Assembly: GCA_023410595.1 (NCBI GenBank)
Contig: JAEYPO010000016.1
Location: 17,121-81,120, forward strand
Direction of reading: 5' to 3'
DNA from: Bacillota bacterium
GTDB taxonomy: Bacteria > Bacillota > Clostridia > Christensenellales > SZUA-584
DNA: 64,000 nt
In this document: in pieces, positions 30,359-40,747 of the stretch
Position numbering within the stretch: position 1 is the first letter of the stretch
Layout of the letters: each line of letters starts with the position of its first letter
Program-made: the position numbers and the translations under genes
The notes under the pieces: generated by a model
Database searches by the model: none
Seen by the model: the letters and a program-made list of their open reading frames with translations, nothing else
Told to the model about the DNA's origin: nothing

Positions 30359-31072
30359 ATGGAAAAGATACTCGTAGTGGGCGATTCGCTCTCAAAGGGC
30401 GTCACGCTGGATGAAAACAAGAAAAGGTACACGCTGCTTGACGGCTGCTTTTTTAATCTGCTCGCCAAAAACCTGAATGCAGAGATGTACAACGCGTCGC
30501 GTTTCGGCTCGACTATAGTGCAGGGGCAAAAACAGCTTGAGAGCAAATTCGAAAAATACGATCCAGATATAGTGGTGCTCGAGTTCGGCGGAAACGACTG
30601 CGATTTCGCGTGGGACGAGATAGCAAAGGACCCTTCTATAGACCATATACCCAAGACGCCGCTCGACGTGTTTGAGAACATACTCAACTCAATGATAGAT
30701 TATATTAAGAGCAAGGGGAAGAAGGCCGTTGTAACTACTCTTCCTCCCCTTTACGCGGACAGCTACTTTAAATGGTTCACAAACAACGACAGGGAAAAGG
30801 GCTTAAGCATATTGAAGTGGCTCAAGGACGTATGGCACATATACTGGTGGCACGAGCGGTATTCCAACTGCGTGCAGTATATCGCCCGCGAACGCAACAT
30901 TGGCTGCATAGACATAAGGCGCGAATTCTTAAAGCGCAGGGATTTTGCACAGTACATATGCTCGGACGGCATACATCCCAACGAATCCGGGCACAGGCTG
31001 ATATTTGACGCTGCGATAGGCTATATAAAAGAATACGCTTCTTACCTGCTTCCTTCCTGCACTCACGCCTGA
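30359..31072 (+). CDS. SGNH/GDSL-family hydrolase
   Basis: Block I is LVVGDSLSKG, with GGND and a C-terminal DGIHPN catalytic block. Start at ATG 30359 after AGGAAG. Confidence 0.75.
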   Translation: MEKILVVGDSLSKGVTLDENKKRYTLLDGCFFNLLAKNLNAEMYNASRFGSTIVQGQKQLESKFEKYDPDIVVLEFGGNDCDFAWDEIAKDPSIDHIPKTPLDVFENILNSMIDYIKSKGKKAVVTTLPPLYADSYFKWFTNNDREKGLSILKWLKDVWHIYWWHERYSNCVQYIARERNIGCIDIRREFLKRRDFAQYICSDGIHPNESGHRLIFDAAIGYIKEYASYLLPSCTHA

Positions 31073-31147
31073 TAGGGTATATTATACTTTCGGACATAAC
31101 GTGAGACGTTTTGGCTGTACGCAAAATTCGGTCAGATGAAACAACGT

Positions 31148-31175
31148 AAAACCGGCAAATACCGGTTTTGTTTTA
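31148..31175 (+). terminator. intrinsic terminator after the SGNH hydrolase gene
   Basis: AACCGG-CAAATA-CCGGTT followed by TTGTTTT. Confidence 0.6.
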
Positions 31176-31185
31176 CACTTGTAAA
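31172..31185. promoter_or_regulatory. candidate BlaI-family operator
   Basis: Perfect inverted repeat TTTACA-CT-TGTAAA containing the TACA/TGTA core typical of BlaI/MecI operators. It lies about 100 nt upstream of the blaI-like ATG. A second imperfect repeat GACGTAAAG...TTTTGCGTC lies at about 31212-31255. Confidence 0.4.
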
Positions 31186-31288
31186 AATTCCATAAAATGC
31201 TTGACACTGTTGACGTAAAGTTGTAGTCTCGTTTTAAAGACGTAAGTTTTGCGTCGTTATATAAAATTATTTGTGGGAGGTGATTATC

Positions 31289-31675
31289 ATGGGCAGATAT
31301 CCCAACCTTACGGAAGCGGACAGCGTGATAATGGAGATACTTTGGCGGGACGGCGAATGCAGCAGTTCGGATATGCAAAAGGAAATTGAAGACAAGCTCG
31401 ACTGGTCGCGGCAGACCGTACGCACTTATCTCGTGCGCCTTGTGGAAAAAGGGCTTGTCGGTACAAAAGAGCTTAGCAAAAGGACGTTCCTGTATTACCC
31501 GAAAGTATCAAAGGCGGAATACGCAGCCGATAAGTCAGGAAGTATACTCAATAGATATTACGGCTCGCTTTCCCATATGGTAGCGGGCCTTTTGCAGCAG
31601 GAAAACGTATCCGACGAAGAACTGGACGAACTGGAGAATCTCATACGCCGCGCACGCAGCAAAGAGGTGAAGTAA
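31289..31675 (+). CDS. BlaI/MecI/CopY-family transcriptional repressor
   Basis: Winged-helix block LTEADSVIMEILWRDGECSSSDMQKEIEDKLDWSRQTVRTYLVRLVEKGLV. ATG 31289 with GGGAGG 8 nt upstream. Confidence 0.85.
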   Translation: MGRYPNLTEADSVIMEILWRDGECSSSDMQKEIEDKLDWSRQTVRTYLVRLVEKGLVGTKELSKRTFLYYPKVSKAEYAADKSGSILNRYYGSLSHMVAGLLQQENVSDEELDELENLIRRARSKEVK

Positions 31676-31677
31676 CA

Positions 31678-34191
31678 ATGGCCGGTATATTTAAGCCGAT
31701 ACTGGAGGCAAGCGTTATGGCGTCCGTTATGATATGCCTGGTGCTGCTCATACGCGCGCTGCTTGCTAGAAGCATGCGTCCGGGCGTAATGCTTATGCTG
31801 TGGGGATTGGTGCTTTTGCGCCTTTTCCTGCCTCTTACTCTTACAAGCCCCGTTAATCTGATAACAATACCGCGGCAATCCACAGCTATAGAGTCGGACT
31901 ATGCGCCCACGGCAGCGCAGGATTTTACGCCTGCAGCTGAAAGCGACGCGAGCGCGCCTCAAATGAGCGCCGTCCGCGGCAGCAGTGATACTGTCGAGCC
32001 TGCAGTAAGAAAGTCCGCTGATACGGGCGGCAGTACAGCGAATGCCCCTGCATGGAACATATCGTATCATATCTGGGACGTAGCTGCCGCAGCATGGGTG
32101 GCGGGCATACTTGCGACGCTGCTGCTGTTCGCAAGAAAGGCGCGTATTTTCTCAAAACACTTAAAACTGTGCGCTCCGGTAACGGACGCCGCAGTGCTTG
32201 ATATGATTCGCCGACACAGCGACGAAGCCGGGATAAGAACGGCCGCAGCCGCGCTTGTATGCGACTTTTTTCACGCCCCTATGGTATATGGGTATTTCAG
32301 GCCGCGCATTCTTATTCCCACCATATTCCTTAACATGGGAAGAGGAAGCCTGGGTGCCATATTGCTGCATGAAGTCATCCATATACGTCGCCGCGACATA
32401 CTTAAGAACTACATATGGCTCGTGGCCAAGGCGCTGCACTGGTTCAACCCGCTCGTATGGCTCGCGTTCGAACTGTACGAAGACGATATAGAGCTGTGCC
32501 GCGATTACAACGTAGCGTATATGCTCAATACTGACGGCGCGTTCGTTTACAGCATGTCTCTGCTCGAAGCCGCGCGGTTATCCCGGCGGACGGCCTATCC
32601 TCCTTCGCAGGCCGTGGCGTTGTTTGAAAGCACTGGCTCTCTTAAAACAAGGATATTCCGCCTCATGAAGCCCGTTAAACATAAAAAAACAGCTGCCATC
32701 CTTTCTGTATTGCTCGCGCTCGTCATGACTGTCACCTGCTTTACGACGGCCTGCCAGCCGACGCCCGTAACGCCGCCTGTACCCAATAAGAACGTCGATA
32801 TAGTTGAGCAGGTCGTGGATGCAAATAAAGAGGAAAACAAGCCGAAACTTAGCGAATATAAACAAGCCGTCGACGAGCAGATAAAAGCACTGGGCTCACA
32901 CCTCGACATGGAGATGCAGCCGAATAAGCAGGTCAAAATAGTCGTGAACGCGGATATCGTCTCGCCGGGAAATATAAAGATACCCGTTATGCGCCTAAAG
33001 CCCAAGAATTTTTCTAAAGAACAGTTTGAAGCGTTTGTGAAATACCTGACAAATGGGGAGCCTCTATATTATCAGACGTTCAACAAGCAGACCGGAGAAA
33101 TGTTTTCCAAAGAGGAAATGACTGCAATAATCGCGCGGATTAAGGGTCTACTTAATAACAAAGACCTTCCGGGCAATACGAGAAGCGCTTGGAAATCGAG
33201 GATCAGAGAAATGGAAAATGCCTACGACGGCGCTCCGACACAATCGGAGGAAAAGCTGTACGATGGCACTCTTACCGTTACACAGAGTGCGGAAGAGGAT
33301 TCCGACGGAACTATTACCTATTATGACAGCGGTTCGTACACAGACTTAAAATGTTATCTGGGAAAAGACAGGGCGGCTTATATAAACCTTATACAGTCCG
33401 AAAAAGAAGCCAGCACCCAGATGGTTTTCGACAACGGCAACTACGGTTTCGGGTACAATACGTTCAAGCCGTACGACGGCGCGGACGCGGAACGCCTGAA
33501 TATGACGTATGAAGAAGCAAAGGCCAAAGCGGAGGAATTCGTGCGTGCAATGGACGGCGAGGACACGAATATGGTGATGCATAGTTCCTCAATAGGGTAT
33601 GACCTTGGCACGATAACAAACTATACGAAGGAAACGTCGCCCCAATGCTATTCGTTCAGCTTTGCGAGAAGCTACAACGGTTTCGTGCTGAAGCCTGTGG
33701 GTCACCTGTGGGGCACACTTGACATGCAAAAGGATTCCGAAGCTTACGCCAAACGGGTAAGTCCTGAAAGCATGTTCGTAACCATCGACGACGAAGGTAT
33801 ATGCAGCACGGGCTGGCTAAACCAGACGGAATATATCGAGACAGTAACAGAGGATACGCCGCTGCTCGATTTCAATACCGTGGTAGATAATTTCGAGCAG
33901 TACTGCAAGCAGAAGTTTACATGGATACCCGACGATGATACGACGCCCCACGGCCTTACGGTATCGTTCAACGTAAAGCGCGTGGAAATGAACCTGATGG
34001 CCATACCAGAAAAAGACAACCTTGAGAACCTCGTTACTGTGCCGGTGTGGGATTTCATAGCAGACGAGGAGTTCGACGACAAGGAAGCCGTCGACGTGGA
34101 GGGGTTTGCGCTGGAAGGGGAAAAAGACATAAGCATAGTAACGGTAAACGCGATAAACGGAACTATTATAAACCGCGAGCAGGGGTATTAA
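31678..34191 (+). CDS. BlaR1/MecR1-like M56 peptidase-domain signal transducer with a large uncharacterised ectodomain
   Basis: 837 aa. N-terminal TM helices precede the zinc-protease motif LLHEVIHIRRRD (HExxH). A further TM ends ...FTTAC, and a ~480-aa extracytoplasmic domain follows. That domain lacks the SxxK/KTG motifs of a penicillin-sensor domain. Confidence 0.8.
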   Translation: MAGIFKPILEASVMASVMICLVLLIRALLARSMRPGVMLMLWGLVLLRLFLPLTLTSPVNLITIPRQSTAIESDYAPTAAQDFTPAAESDASAPQMSAVRGSSDTVEPAVRKSADTGGSTANAPAWNISYHIWDVAAAAWVAGILATLLLFARKARIFSKHLKLCAPVTDAAVLDMIRRHSDEAGIRTAAAALVCDFFHAPMVYGYFRPRILIPTIFLNMGRGSLGAILLHEVIHIRRRDILKNYIWLVAKALHWFNPLVWLAFELYEDDIELCRDYNVAYMLNTDGAFVYSMSLLEAARLSRRTAYPPSQAVALFESTGSLKTRIFRLMKPVKHKKTAAILSVLLALVMTVTCFTTACQPTPVTPPVPNKNVDIVEQVVDANKEENKPKLSEYKQAVDEQIKALGSHLDMEMQPNKQVKIVVNADIVSPGNIKIPVMRLKPKNFSKEQFEAFVKYLTNGEPLYYQTFNKQTGEMFSKEEMTAIIARIKGLLNNKDLPGNTRSAWKSRIREMENAYDGAPTQSEEKLYDGTLTVTQSAEEDSDGTITYYDSGSYTDLKCYLGKDRAAYINLIQSEKEASTQMVFDNGNYGFGYNTFKPYDGADAERLNMTYEEAKAKAEEFVRAMDGEDTNMVMHSSSIGYDLGTITNYTKETSPQCYSFSFARSYNGFVLKPVGHLWGTLDMQKDSEAYAKRVSPESMFVTIDDEGICSTGWLNQTEYIETVTEDTPLLDFNTVVDNFEQYCKQKFTWIPDDDTTPHGLTVSFNVKRVEMNLMAIPEKDNLENLVTVPVWDFIADEEFDDKEAVDVEGFALEGEKDISIVTVNAINGTIINREQGY

Positions 34192-34262
34192 GCGTCTATG
34201 GATTAATAGTTATATACCCCTTGGGGCGCGCGCTCAGCGATATATTGATTATTCACGACAGT

Positions 34263-34287
34263 AAAAAACCGGCCCAAGGCCGGTTTT
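34263..34287. terminator. bidirectional terminator between convergent genes
   Basis: AAAAAACCGGCC-CAA-GGCCGGTTTT. Confidence 0.65.
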
Positions 34288-34301
34288 ATCGTTGCTTTTT
34301 A

Positions 34302-35513
34302 TTACGGCACCTCAATGTGCCACACTACGTCGCCCGCCTCGCTGGCGCTGTCCGTCGTGTCGTACCACAGTACGTCTTTGCCGTTTACGCCTATAAGCAC
34401 GGCCTTCGTTGTATCGCCTGACAGCGTGCCTGACGAACCGTCCTTGAAGTAATAGATGTGTATCACTTCGTCCTTCGTGTACGCGACGAACCCGTCGCCT
34501 ATATGGTAACTCAGCACGTCCTTTGCTATTTCGACGGGCTGCGAAAGGCTGTCGCCTTCCTTCTTCATATACATCAGCGAGCTGTTTTCATCGCCCGCGC
34601 CGTTTAAAAACACGATATCGTTTCCGTCTATCATCGGATTGTACACATACATGCCGGGCAGATACGTCGCGCGCTGCGTATCCCCGTTGTTTACAAGAGG
34701 AACTATGCTTATCTGTGTATTAAGCGACGCCGACGAGCCTTTTAATATCTGGCTCTCGCCTTCGGGCTGCACGTATATTATCGCTTCGTCCGACATATAC
34801 GGAGCGCTAATCGAGAACGGAGTATTGATAAACTCCTCTATAGTCACGGCTTCTTTAGTCTCAAGGTTGTAAAGGTACAGCTTGTCCGTGCCCGTGCCCG
34901 TCTGCTGCATCCACAGCGCGTAGTTGCCCGACAGCGTTACCTTCGGCTTGCCGAAGAGATACTCCCTTATTACAAACTGTGTGCCCGCCGCCCGGTCGTA
35001 TCCACACAGCGCGCCGCCGTTCTCCATCTTGCAGTCAAGATAAACGATGTATTTATCGTTCATTTTGGGCTCAAACAGGCTGTCGTTCTTCTTTGTGATG
35101 CCCGGAACCTCGTTTAACTGCCCCGACGTCATATCGAATATATCTATTTTGTTTATTTCGGGGGCCGCCTCTGCTTCGTTCCCTGTCGTGAACACGACCT
35201 CCGTTCCATATACAAACGGGTCGTTTATGGATTTAGGAGTAATCTGAAGCTGCGCAGCCTTATCCGAGATGCTGCCTGTAATAACGGGCGTAGCGCTGGG
35301 TGTGGGCGTGTGCGATACTTCGGGAGTCGGCTCGGGTTTCTTGCCGGCAAACAGCGGCACTATAACAAAAATGATAAGCACCGCCAGCACGCCGGCCGCT
35401 GCCAGCGCCAGCCCTCCTATCTTAAGTATAGAACCGTAATCGCGCAAGATCGACCTTCTGCGCCCTCTGCCTCTTAAGCTGCTCCTTCTTCTGTACTTTC
35501 TTCTTGAAATCAC
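34302..35513 (-). CDS. membrane-anchored protein with repeat-rich ectodomain, function unknown
   Basis: Arg-rich N-terminus, one TM helix, a Pro/Thr linker and a ~330-aa ectodomain. Start at GTG 35513 with GGAGG 7 nt upstream. The ORF-track TTG at 35528 overlaps the RBS. Confidence 0.6.
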   Translation of the reverse strand: MISRRKYRRRSSLRGRGRRRSILRDYGSILKIGGLALAAAGVLAVLIIFVIVPLFAGKKPEPTPEVSHTPTPSATPVITGSISDKAAQLQITPKSINDPFVYGTEVVFTTGNEAEAAPEINKIDIFDMTSGQLNEVPGITKKNDSLFEPKMNDKYIVYLDCKMENGGALCGYDRAAGTQFVIREYLFGKPKVTLSGNYALWMQQTGTGTDKLYLYNLETKEAVTIEEFINTPFSISAPYMSDEAIIYVQPEGESQILKGSSASLNTQISIVPLVNNGDTQRATYLPGMYVYNPMIDGNDIVFLNGAGDENSSLMYMKKEGDSLSQPVEIAKDVLSYHIGDGFVAYTKDEVIHIYYFKDGSSGTLSGDTTKAVLIGVNGKDVLWYDTTDSASEAGDVVWHIEVP

Positions 35514-35623
35514 CGGATTAACCTCCAAGTGTTTTTATCCTGAAAACGCAGGTTTGCGGGGTCTTTTTATGTAGCTCAACAAAGCGGACTTATATGACCA
35601 TACTTAATTATATCAAAAATCTG

Positions 35624-36573
35624 TTAATAATCAACCAACTCCCGCTGGTATCTTCTGCTCAGCACCGGTATTTCCGCTTCTTCCCGGGTTTTAAGGAACT
35701 TTACCGACTCGGCGTTGAACTTGGAATATTTCTCTTCGTGCACGAGATGGCCGCAGTTTCGTATGCGTATATGCTTCGAGCCGGGTATTCCGGCATACGC
35801 CCGCGCGGAGCCTAAGTCGTGTATCCTGTCTTCCGTGCCCGAGAATATTAGCGTTTCATTCTTTACGCTTTTAAGCAGCGACAGCGCATACTCGTCGTTG
35901 AAATGCTTCATACAGGAAATCAGCGTCTCCCGTGCCTCTTTGCTGCGCAGCGGCGCATAGTAGCCTTCGACTACTTCTTTCGTCATCTGCGTAGCGTCAA
36001 AGTACGCGCGCTGCAATACGCTTCGCAAGGAAGTTTCGCTTAAATACAGTTTGAAAGCCGCACCGCCAAGCGATGTGGCAAGCAGCCTTAAGCCAAGCGG
36101 GTAACCCGGGCTGGGCGCGCCCGGCGAAACAAGCACGAGCCTATTAGCGCGCTCAGGGTATGCCGCCGCGAAGCATACCGCTATGGCACAGCCCGTAGAG
36201 CAGGCCGCGATATGCGCCTTTCTTATATTCAGCGAATCTAAAAACGCTTTTAATATCAATGCATATTCTTCGGCGGTGTAGTATATATTGGGATGTCCGC
36301 TGTAACCGAAGCCTGCAAGGTCAACAGCTATGACCCTGTATCCTTCGCTTATATAGTAATCAACATTTCTACGCCATGTGTACAACGACTGGCCTATGCC
36401 GTGCACCAGCAGCAACGGCTCGCCTTCGCCTATATCGACATAGTGTATGTCAGTCTCAAAAAAGATGTTTTCCCTGCCGAGTTCGGTGTGTCCTGTTATT
36501 TGAAAGCTGATGCTGGTATACGAGCCTAAATCCCTGCCGTTTCTGAACCGCCGTAGCATGCTGCGCCTGTTCA
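35624..36573 (-). CDS. alpha/beta-fold hydrolase
   Basis: Oxyanion region LLLVHGIGQS, nucleophile elbow ACSTGC (GxSxG-like) and a C-terminal His region NCGHLVHEE. ATG 36573 with GGAGG 7 nt upstream. Confidence 0.8.
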
Positions 36574-36705
36574 TGCTACCACCTCCAACAGTGCGCCGCA
36601 GCACATTTATGTAATTTTCAACACAAATAAGTGTCGTACGGTTATAATACTACGGTTATTTTCACATTACAAGTAAAAATTAATATTTCCGAAATATATG
36701 TAATA

Positions 36706-38103
36706 TTACGGTAACAGGTCGCCGGAACGCGAGAGCGCAAGGCTTTTAAGTTTGGTCGGATTGTTGTATTCGGGGCGTGCGACGCACTCGCGCCATAACA
36801 TATCGAGTATTTTCCCTACGTCAGGCGACGGCTGTATATTAAGAAGCTTCATAATGTCGTTTCCGGAAATGCTGAGCTCCTTAACGCTCCACGGCACGCG
36901 CGTCTTTATCATGCGCTCATATTCTTTCTGCCAGCTGTCGGCGGACTTGACCGGCCCTTCATGCAGGCCCGATCCCCAGAAATCCGCCTTTCGCAGCTCT
37001 ATAAGTAGTGGGAAAAGGCCTTTGCCCACCTTTACGGCGCGGCGGCGGATAGCCTTTGGCTTTGCCCTGCCTTCGAGGTCGAACATATGGTTTCGCACGA
37101 GCGGCGGCACAACGGACTTAACGCTGTTCTCGAACCGCAGGCGCTCAAGCTCTTCTGCTGCCAGCGTCTCGCCTATTATCTCGTGGCGATACATATTGCC
37201 GCCCGAGCGCAGCGCCGCGGGCTTTCCTATATCATGCAGTAACGCGGCGAGGCGCAGCACCAAAGCAGCAGGCGCGCACGCGCACGCGTGTATGCCGTGG
37301 CCCAGCACGTCGTATTTATGATATGTTTCCGACTGACCTACGCCGTCGCCTTCCCAAAGGCGAGGCAGTATATACGGTATCGCACCCGCTTCGCGCAGTA
37401 TCTGAAGGCCTCTTTCAGGAGCGTCTTCGCTATTCAGCGTTTCATACTTAACATCCGCCATCAGTATCTTCTTAAGCTCGTCTCTCTTGCGCTCGGCGGA
37501 GATATCGGCAAGAAGCCCCGCCCTTGCCTTTGCAGCCTCCATTAAATCTGCGCTTACTGAAAACCCCAGCTCGGCGGCGAAGCGCGCCATACGCATTATC
37601 CTGAGGCCGTCGTCGCTTATCGTTATATCCGGATCGGCGGCGGCGCGTATTATGCCTTGCTCCGCGTCCGCAAGTCCGCGCCCCGTAGGGTCTATCGTTT
37701 CTCCCGTTTCGAGGTCGAGGTAGAGCGCGTTCACCGTAAAATCACGGCGCGCTGCGTCCTCCCTCATATCGCCGGTGAATTCGACTCTTTTTGGCCTGTG
37801 TTCGCCGCCCGGCGGATAAAAATCCCTGCGGAACGTCGTATGCTCGAACGCGTACTTCCTGCCTCCCTGCGTTAAATGCACCTCTATCGTTCCCAGCTCG
37901 GGCGCCTTTTCTATTACGGTAAGCCCCTCGGCACGTAAAAAAAGCGCGGCCGCCTCAGGCAGCGCGCGCGAACACACATCTAAGTCTCCTCCGGAAAGAG
38001 AAAGAGCCATATTCCTCACATATCCGCCAACGAGATACAGCTTGTACCCGTTATCGGCAAATATACTTGAAAGCTTAAGTACACTTTCGGGCAGGCCGTT
38101 CAT
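36706..38103 (-). CDS. cca: CCA-adding tRNA nucleotidyltransferase with HD domain
   Basis: Class II nucleotidyltransferase motif LVGGYVRN...GGDLDVC and a later HD block LLHDIGK. Start at ATG 38103 overlaps the dapF stop (ATGA). The ORF-track start at 38211 lies inside dapF. Confidence 0.8.
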   Translation of the reverse strand: MNGLPESVLKLSSIFADNGYKLYLVGGYVRNMALSLSGGDLDVCSRALPEAAALFLRAEGLTVIEKAPELGTIEVHLTQGGRKYAFEHTTFRRDFYPPGGEHRPKRVEFTGDMREDAARRDFTVNALYLDLETGETIDPTGRGLADAEQGIIRAAADPDITISDDGLRIMRMARFAAELGFSVSADLMEAAKARAGLLADISAERKRDELKKILMADVKYETLNSEDAPERGLQILREAGAIPYILPRLWEGDGVGQSETYHKYDVLGHGIHACACAPAALVLRLAALLHDIGKPAALRSGGNMYRHEIIGETLAAEELERLRFENSVKSVVPPLVRNHMFDLEGRAKPKAIRRRAVKVGKGLFPLLIELRKADFWGSGLHEGPVKSADSWQKEYERMIKTRVPWSVKELSISGNDIMKLLNIQPSPDVGKILDMLWRECVARPEYNNPTKLKSLALSRSGDLLP

Positions 38104-38924
38104 ACGCAGAGCTTCGCCGTATACACGCAGGCCGCCGGCCCCGTCATCATCACCCGTCCATCCTCTAAGCACTCTATCATCAGCTCGCCCCCCGTTAAAT
38201 GCACCTTGCACTTCGCGTCTACGAGGCCTTTTTTATATAGCAGCGCCACGCTGCCGCTCGCGCCCGTGCCGCACGCCAGCGTCGGGCCCGCGCCGCGCTC
38301 CCAAACACGGTTCTTTATATTCTGCCTGTCCAGTATCTGCACGAAGTCTACGTTAGTTTTCCTGGGGAAAATCTCATGCTTTTCTATCGCGGGGCCAAGA
38401 GCCTCGAAATCTATTGCCTCCGTATCATCGACCAGCATTATCGTATGCGGCACGCCCATAAGCACAGATGAAACGGTAACGTTTATACCCGCGGCGACGA
38501 TATCCACATCAAACGGGCTACCTTCGCCCCTCATGGGTATCTGGGTGCGTTCAAAAGACGGCTTGCCCATGTCCACCCTTACGCCCGTAACGATGCCGTC
38601 CTGCACATAAAGCCTCGGGTGCATGATCCCCGCGAGCGTTTCTACGGCTAGATTCGTCTTACTGGCTATGCCTTTTTCATAGACGTACTTGGCAAAGCAG
38701 CGAATTCCGTTGCCGCACATCTCCGCCTCACTGCCGTCCGCGTTTATTATGCGCATTTTAAGGTCGGCCGTCTCGGAGGGAAGCACGACGAGTATTCCAT
38801 CCGCGCCGACGGACAAGCCCCTTTGGCAAAGCTGCTTTGCAAGAGCGTTCCAGTCCCTTTCCGTATCGTCGTCCTCGAATATCAGAAAGTCGTTTCCAAG
38901 CCCATGCATCTTGGTAAATTCCAT
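38100..38924 (-). CDS. dapF: diaminopimelate epimerase
   Basis: 274 aa with the N-terminal FTKMHGLGNDF and both catalytic Cys regions (EMCGNGIRC and LACGTGASG). Confidence 0.9.
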   Translation of the reverse strand: MEFTKMHGLGNDFLIFEDDDTERDWNALAKQLCQRGLSVGADGILVVLPSETADLKMRIINADGSEAEMCGNGIRCFAKYVYEKGIASKTNLAVETLAGIMHPRLYVQDGIVTGVRVDMGKPSFERTQIPMRGEGSPFDVDIVAAGINVTVSSVLMGVPHTIMLVDDTEAIDFEALGPAIEKHEIFPRKTNVDFVQILDRQNIKNRVWERGAGPTLACGTGASGSVALLYKKGLVDAKCKVHLTGGELMIECLEDGRVMMTGPAACVYTAKLCV

Positions 38925-39079
38925 AACAGTCCTCCAATCGTTCTTCTACTGCCATTATACTTGCCAAGTAGCGCTACTGCAACATTCCCATGGTTTTTTG
39001 AGCGTTTTATTTGACGCATGCCGCTTTGTGGTATATATTTCTGCTGTAGCAAAAAAACACTTTTCAGGAGGTGCGCTCC

Positions 39080-40378
39080 ATGCGGATGTACGACGTGATA
39101 CTCAAAAAACGTAACGGTGGCCGACTCTTGCGCGAAGAGATAGAATTCTTTATATCCGGTTATGTTAAGGGCGATATTCCCGACTATCAGGCGTCGGCAT
39201 TCATGATGGCCGTCTATTTTCGCGGCATGGACGACGAGGAGACGTTCTATCTGACGGACGCCATGACGCGTTCGGGCGATACGGCGGACCTCTCCTCTTT
39301 AGGAACCGTGGCCGACAAGCACTCTACGGGCGGAGTCGCGGACACCACTACGCTTATCGTTGTTCCTCTCGTCGCGGCGTGCGGCCTGAAAGTCGCCAAG
39401 ATGTCGGGGCGAGGCCTCGGGCACACCGGCGGCACGCTCGACAAACTGGAGTCCATACCCGGCATGAATATATCTCTTACAATGGAAGCGTTTTTAAAAC
39501 AGATAAACTCGGTGGGCGCGGCAGTGATGGGACAGACTATGAAGCTCTGCCCCGCCGACAAGATGCTTTATTCGCTGCGTGACGTAACGGCTACGGTCGA
39601 AAGCATACCGCTAATAGCGAGCAGCATAATGAGCAAGAAAATAGCTTCGGGCGCGAATATCATAATGCTGGACGTTAAGACGGGCAGCGGCGCTTTTATG
39701 GGCAGTTTTGAGGATTCTAAGGCGCTTGCCAAAAAGATGGTCGCCATAGGAAAGCGATCGGGCAAAAACACCGCGGCGCTCATAACCGATATGAGCCAGC
39801 CGCTCGGAAATGCCGTGGGAAATGCTCTCGAAGTAGAGGAGGCCATAGAGATTCTTCAGGGAAAGACAAAAGGCGACCTTTTAACCGTCGCCATGGCGCT
39901 CGCTTCAGGCATGCTTAAGCTCGCTGGGATAGCAGAAAACGAAAGCGCCGCGCTGCAAATGCTTGAAAACGCGCTCTCTTCGGGCAGGGCGCTTGATAAG
40001 CTCGGTGAGATAATAAGCGCCCAAGGGGGTAACGCGGACATAGTTCGCGACGTATCGCTGCTGCCGCGTGCGGCGTTCATTGATAATGTGTACGCCGACA
40101 AAGAGGGGTATTTAAGCGAAGTGGATTGCCGGGCTCTGGGCACCGCAGCCAGCCTGCTGGGCGCGGGACGCATCAAAAAGGACGACAGCATTGATTTGTC
40201 CGTTGGGTTTATAATGAAGAAGCGCATAGGCGACCGCATAAACAGGGGCGATAAGCTCTGCGAGGTGCACGCAAACGACAAGTATAAGCTGGAGCAGGCA
40301 AAGCGCGATATATCAAATTGTATTACGATAACGCACGAGACGACAAGCCCCGTGCTTATATATGAGTATATAGCATGA
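39080..40378 (+). CDS. pdp: pyrimidine-nucleoside phosphorylase
   Basis: Motifs DKHSTGGVADTTTL and SGRGLGHTGGTLDKLESIPG. ATG 39080 with AGGAGG 8 nt upstream. Confidence 0.9.
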   Translation: MRMYDVILKKRNGGRLLREEIEFFISGYVKGDIPDYQASAFMMAVYFRGMDDEETFYLTDAMTRSGDTADLSSLGTVADKHSTGGVADTTTLIVVPLVAACGLKVAKMSGRGLGHTGGTLDKLESIPGMNISLTMEAFLKQINSVGAAVMGQTMKLCPADKMLYSLRDVTATVESIPLIASSIMSKKIASGANIIMLDVKTGSGAFMGSFEDSKALAKKMVAIGKRSGKNTAALITDMSQPLGNAVGNALEVEEAIEILQGKTKGDLLTVAMALASGMLKLAGIAENESAALQMLENALSSGRALDKLGEIISAQGGNADIVRDVSLLPRAAFIDNVYADKEGYLSEVDCRALGTAASLLGAGRIKKDDSIDLSVGFIMKKRIGDRINRGDKLCEVHANDKYKLEQAKRDISNCITITHETTSPVLIYEYIA

Positions 40379-40395
40379 TATTGGCGGGCATGTTC

Positions 40396-40425
40396 TGTGG
40401 ATAACGTGGACAATTCGGTGGATAA
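40396..40425. promoter_or_regulatory. DnaA-box cluster I (three co-oriented boxes)
   Basis: TGTGGATAA (40396-40404, perfect), cGTGGAcAA (40405-40413) and gGTGGATAA (40417-40425). Confidence 0.7.
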
Positions 40426-40747
40426 CCTTGCGTTTACGCGTGCATAACCGCCATAATACTCTATTATTCGCCAAAATATCACACGTCGGCCGTTTATTTC
40501 TCTCCGGCTGACATCGGCTATATAGGGGTAAAAAAACAGCAGACATAACGTTTTTTTCCTTAAAGTATGCAATACTAACGAAAACTAAAGAAAAACGGAC
40601 ATAATCCTATGAATATTAATATTTATTTAATATTTCCGTAATAAACTAAACAGATTATTCATTTCGGCGCTTTTCGGCTTTGTTTACAAATTGATAACAT
40701 GCCAAAGTAAGGTTTATACTTGAATCATACTGTAAAAAGGGGCTGCT

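Noticed and set aside
38104-38211. N-terminal extensions offered by the ORF track: cca to 38211, parB to 29421, purL to 51678, purA to 23856, the ANTAR gene to 8319, and others
   Set aside because: Each extension overlaps the upstream gene or its own RBS. In every case an internal start with a good Shine-Dalgarno sequence matches the usual family N-terminus.
39856-40572. 238-aa minus-strand ORF spanning the pdp 3' end and DnaA-box cluster I
   Set aside because: It is antisense to a well-supported pdp gene. Its composition is Ser/Ala-rich and it has no RBS. The intergenic part is better explained by DnaA boxes.
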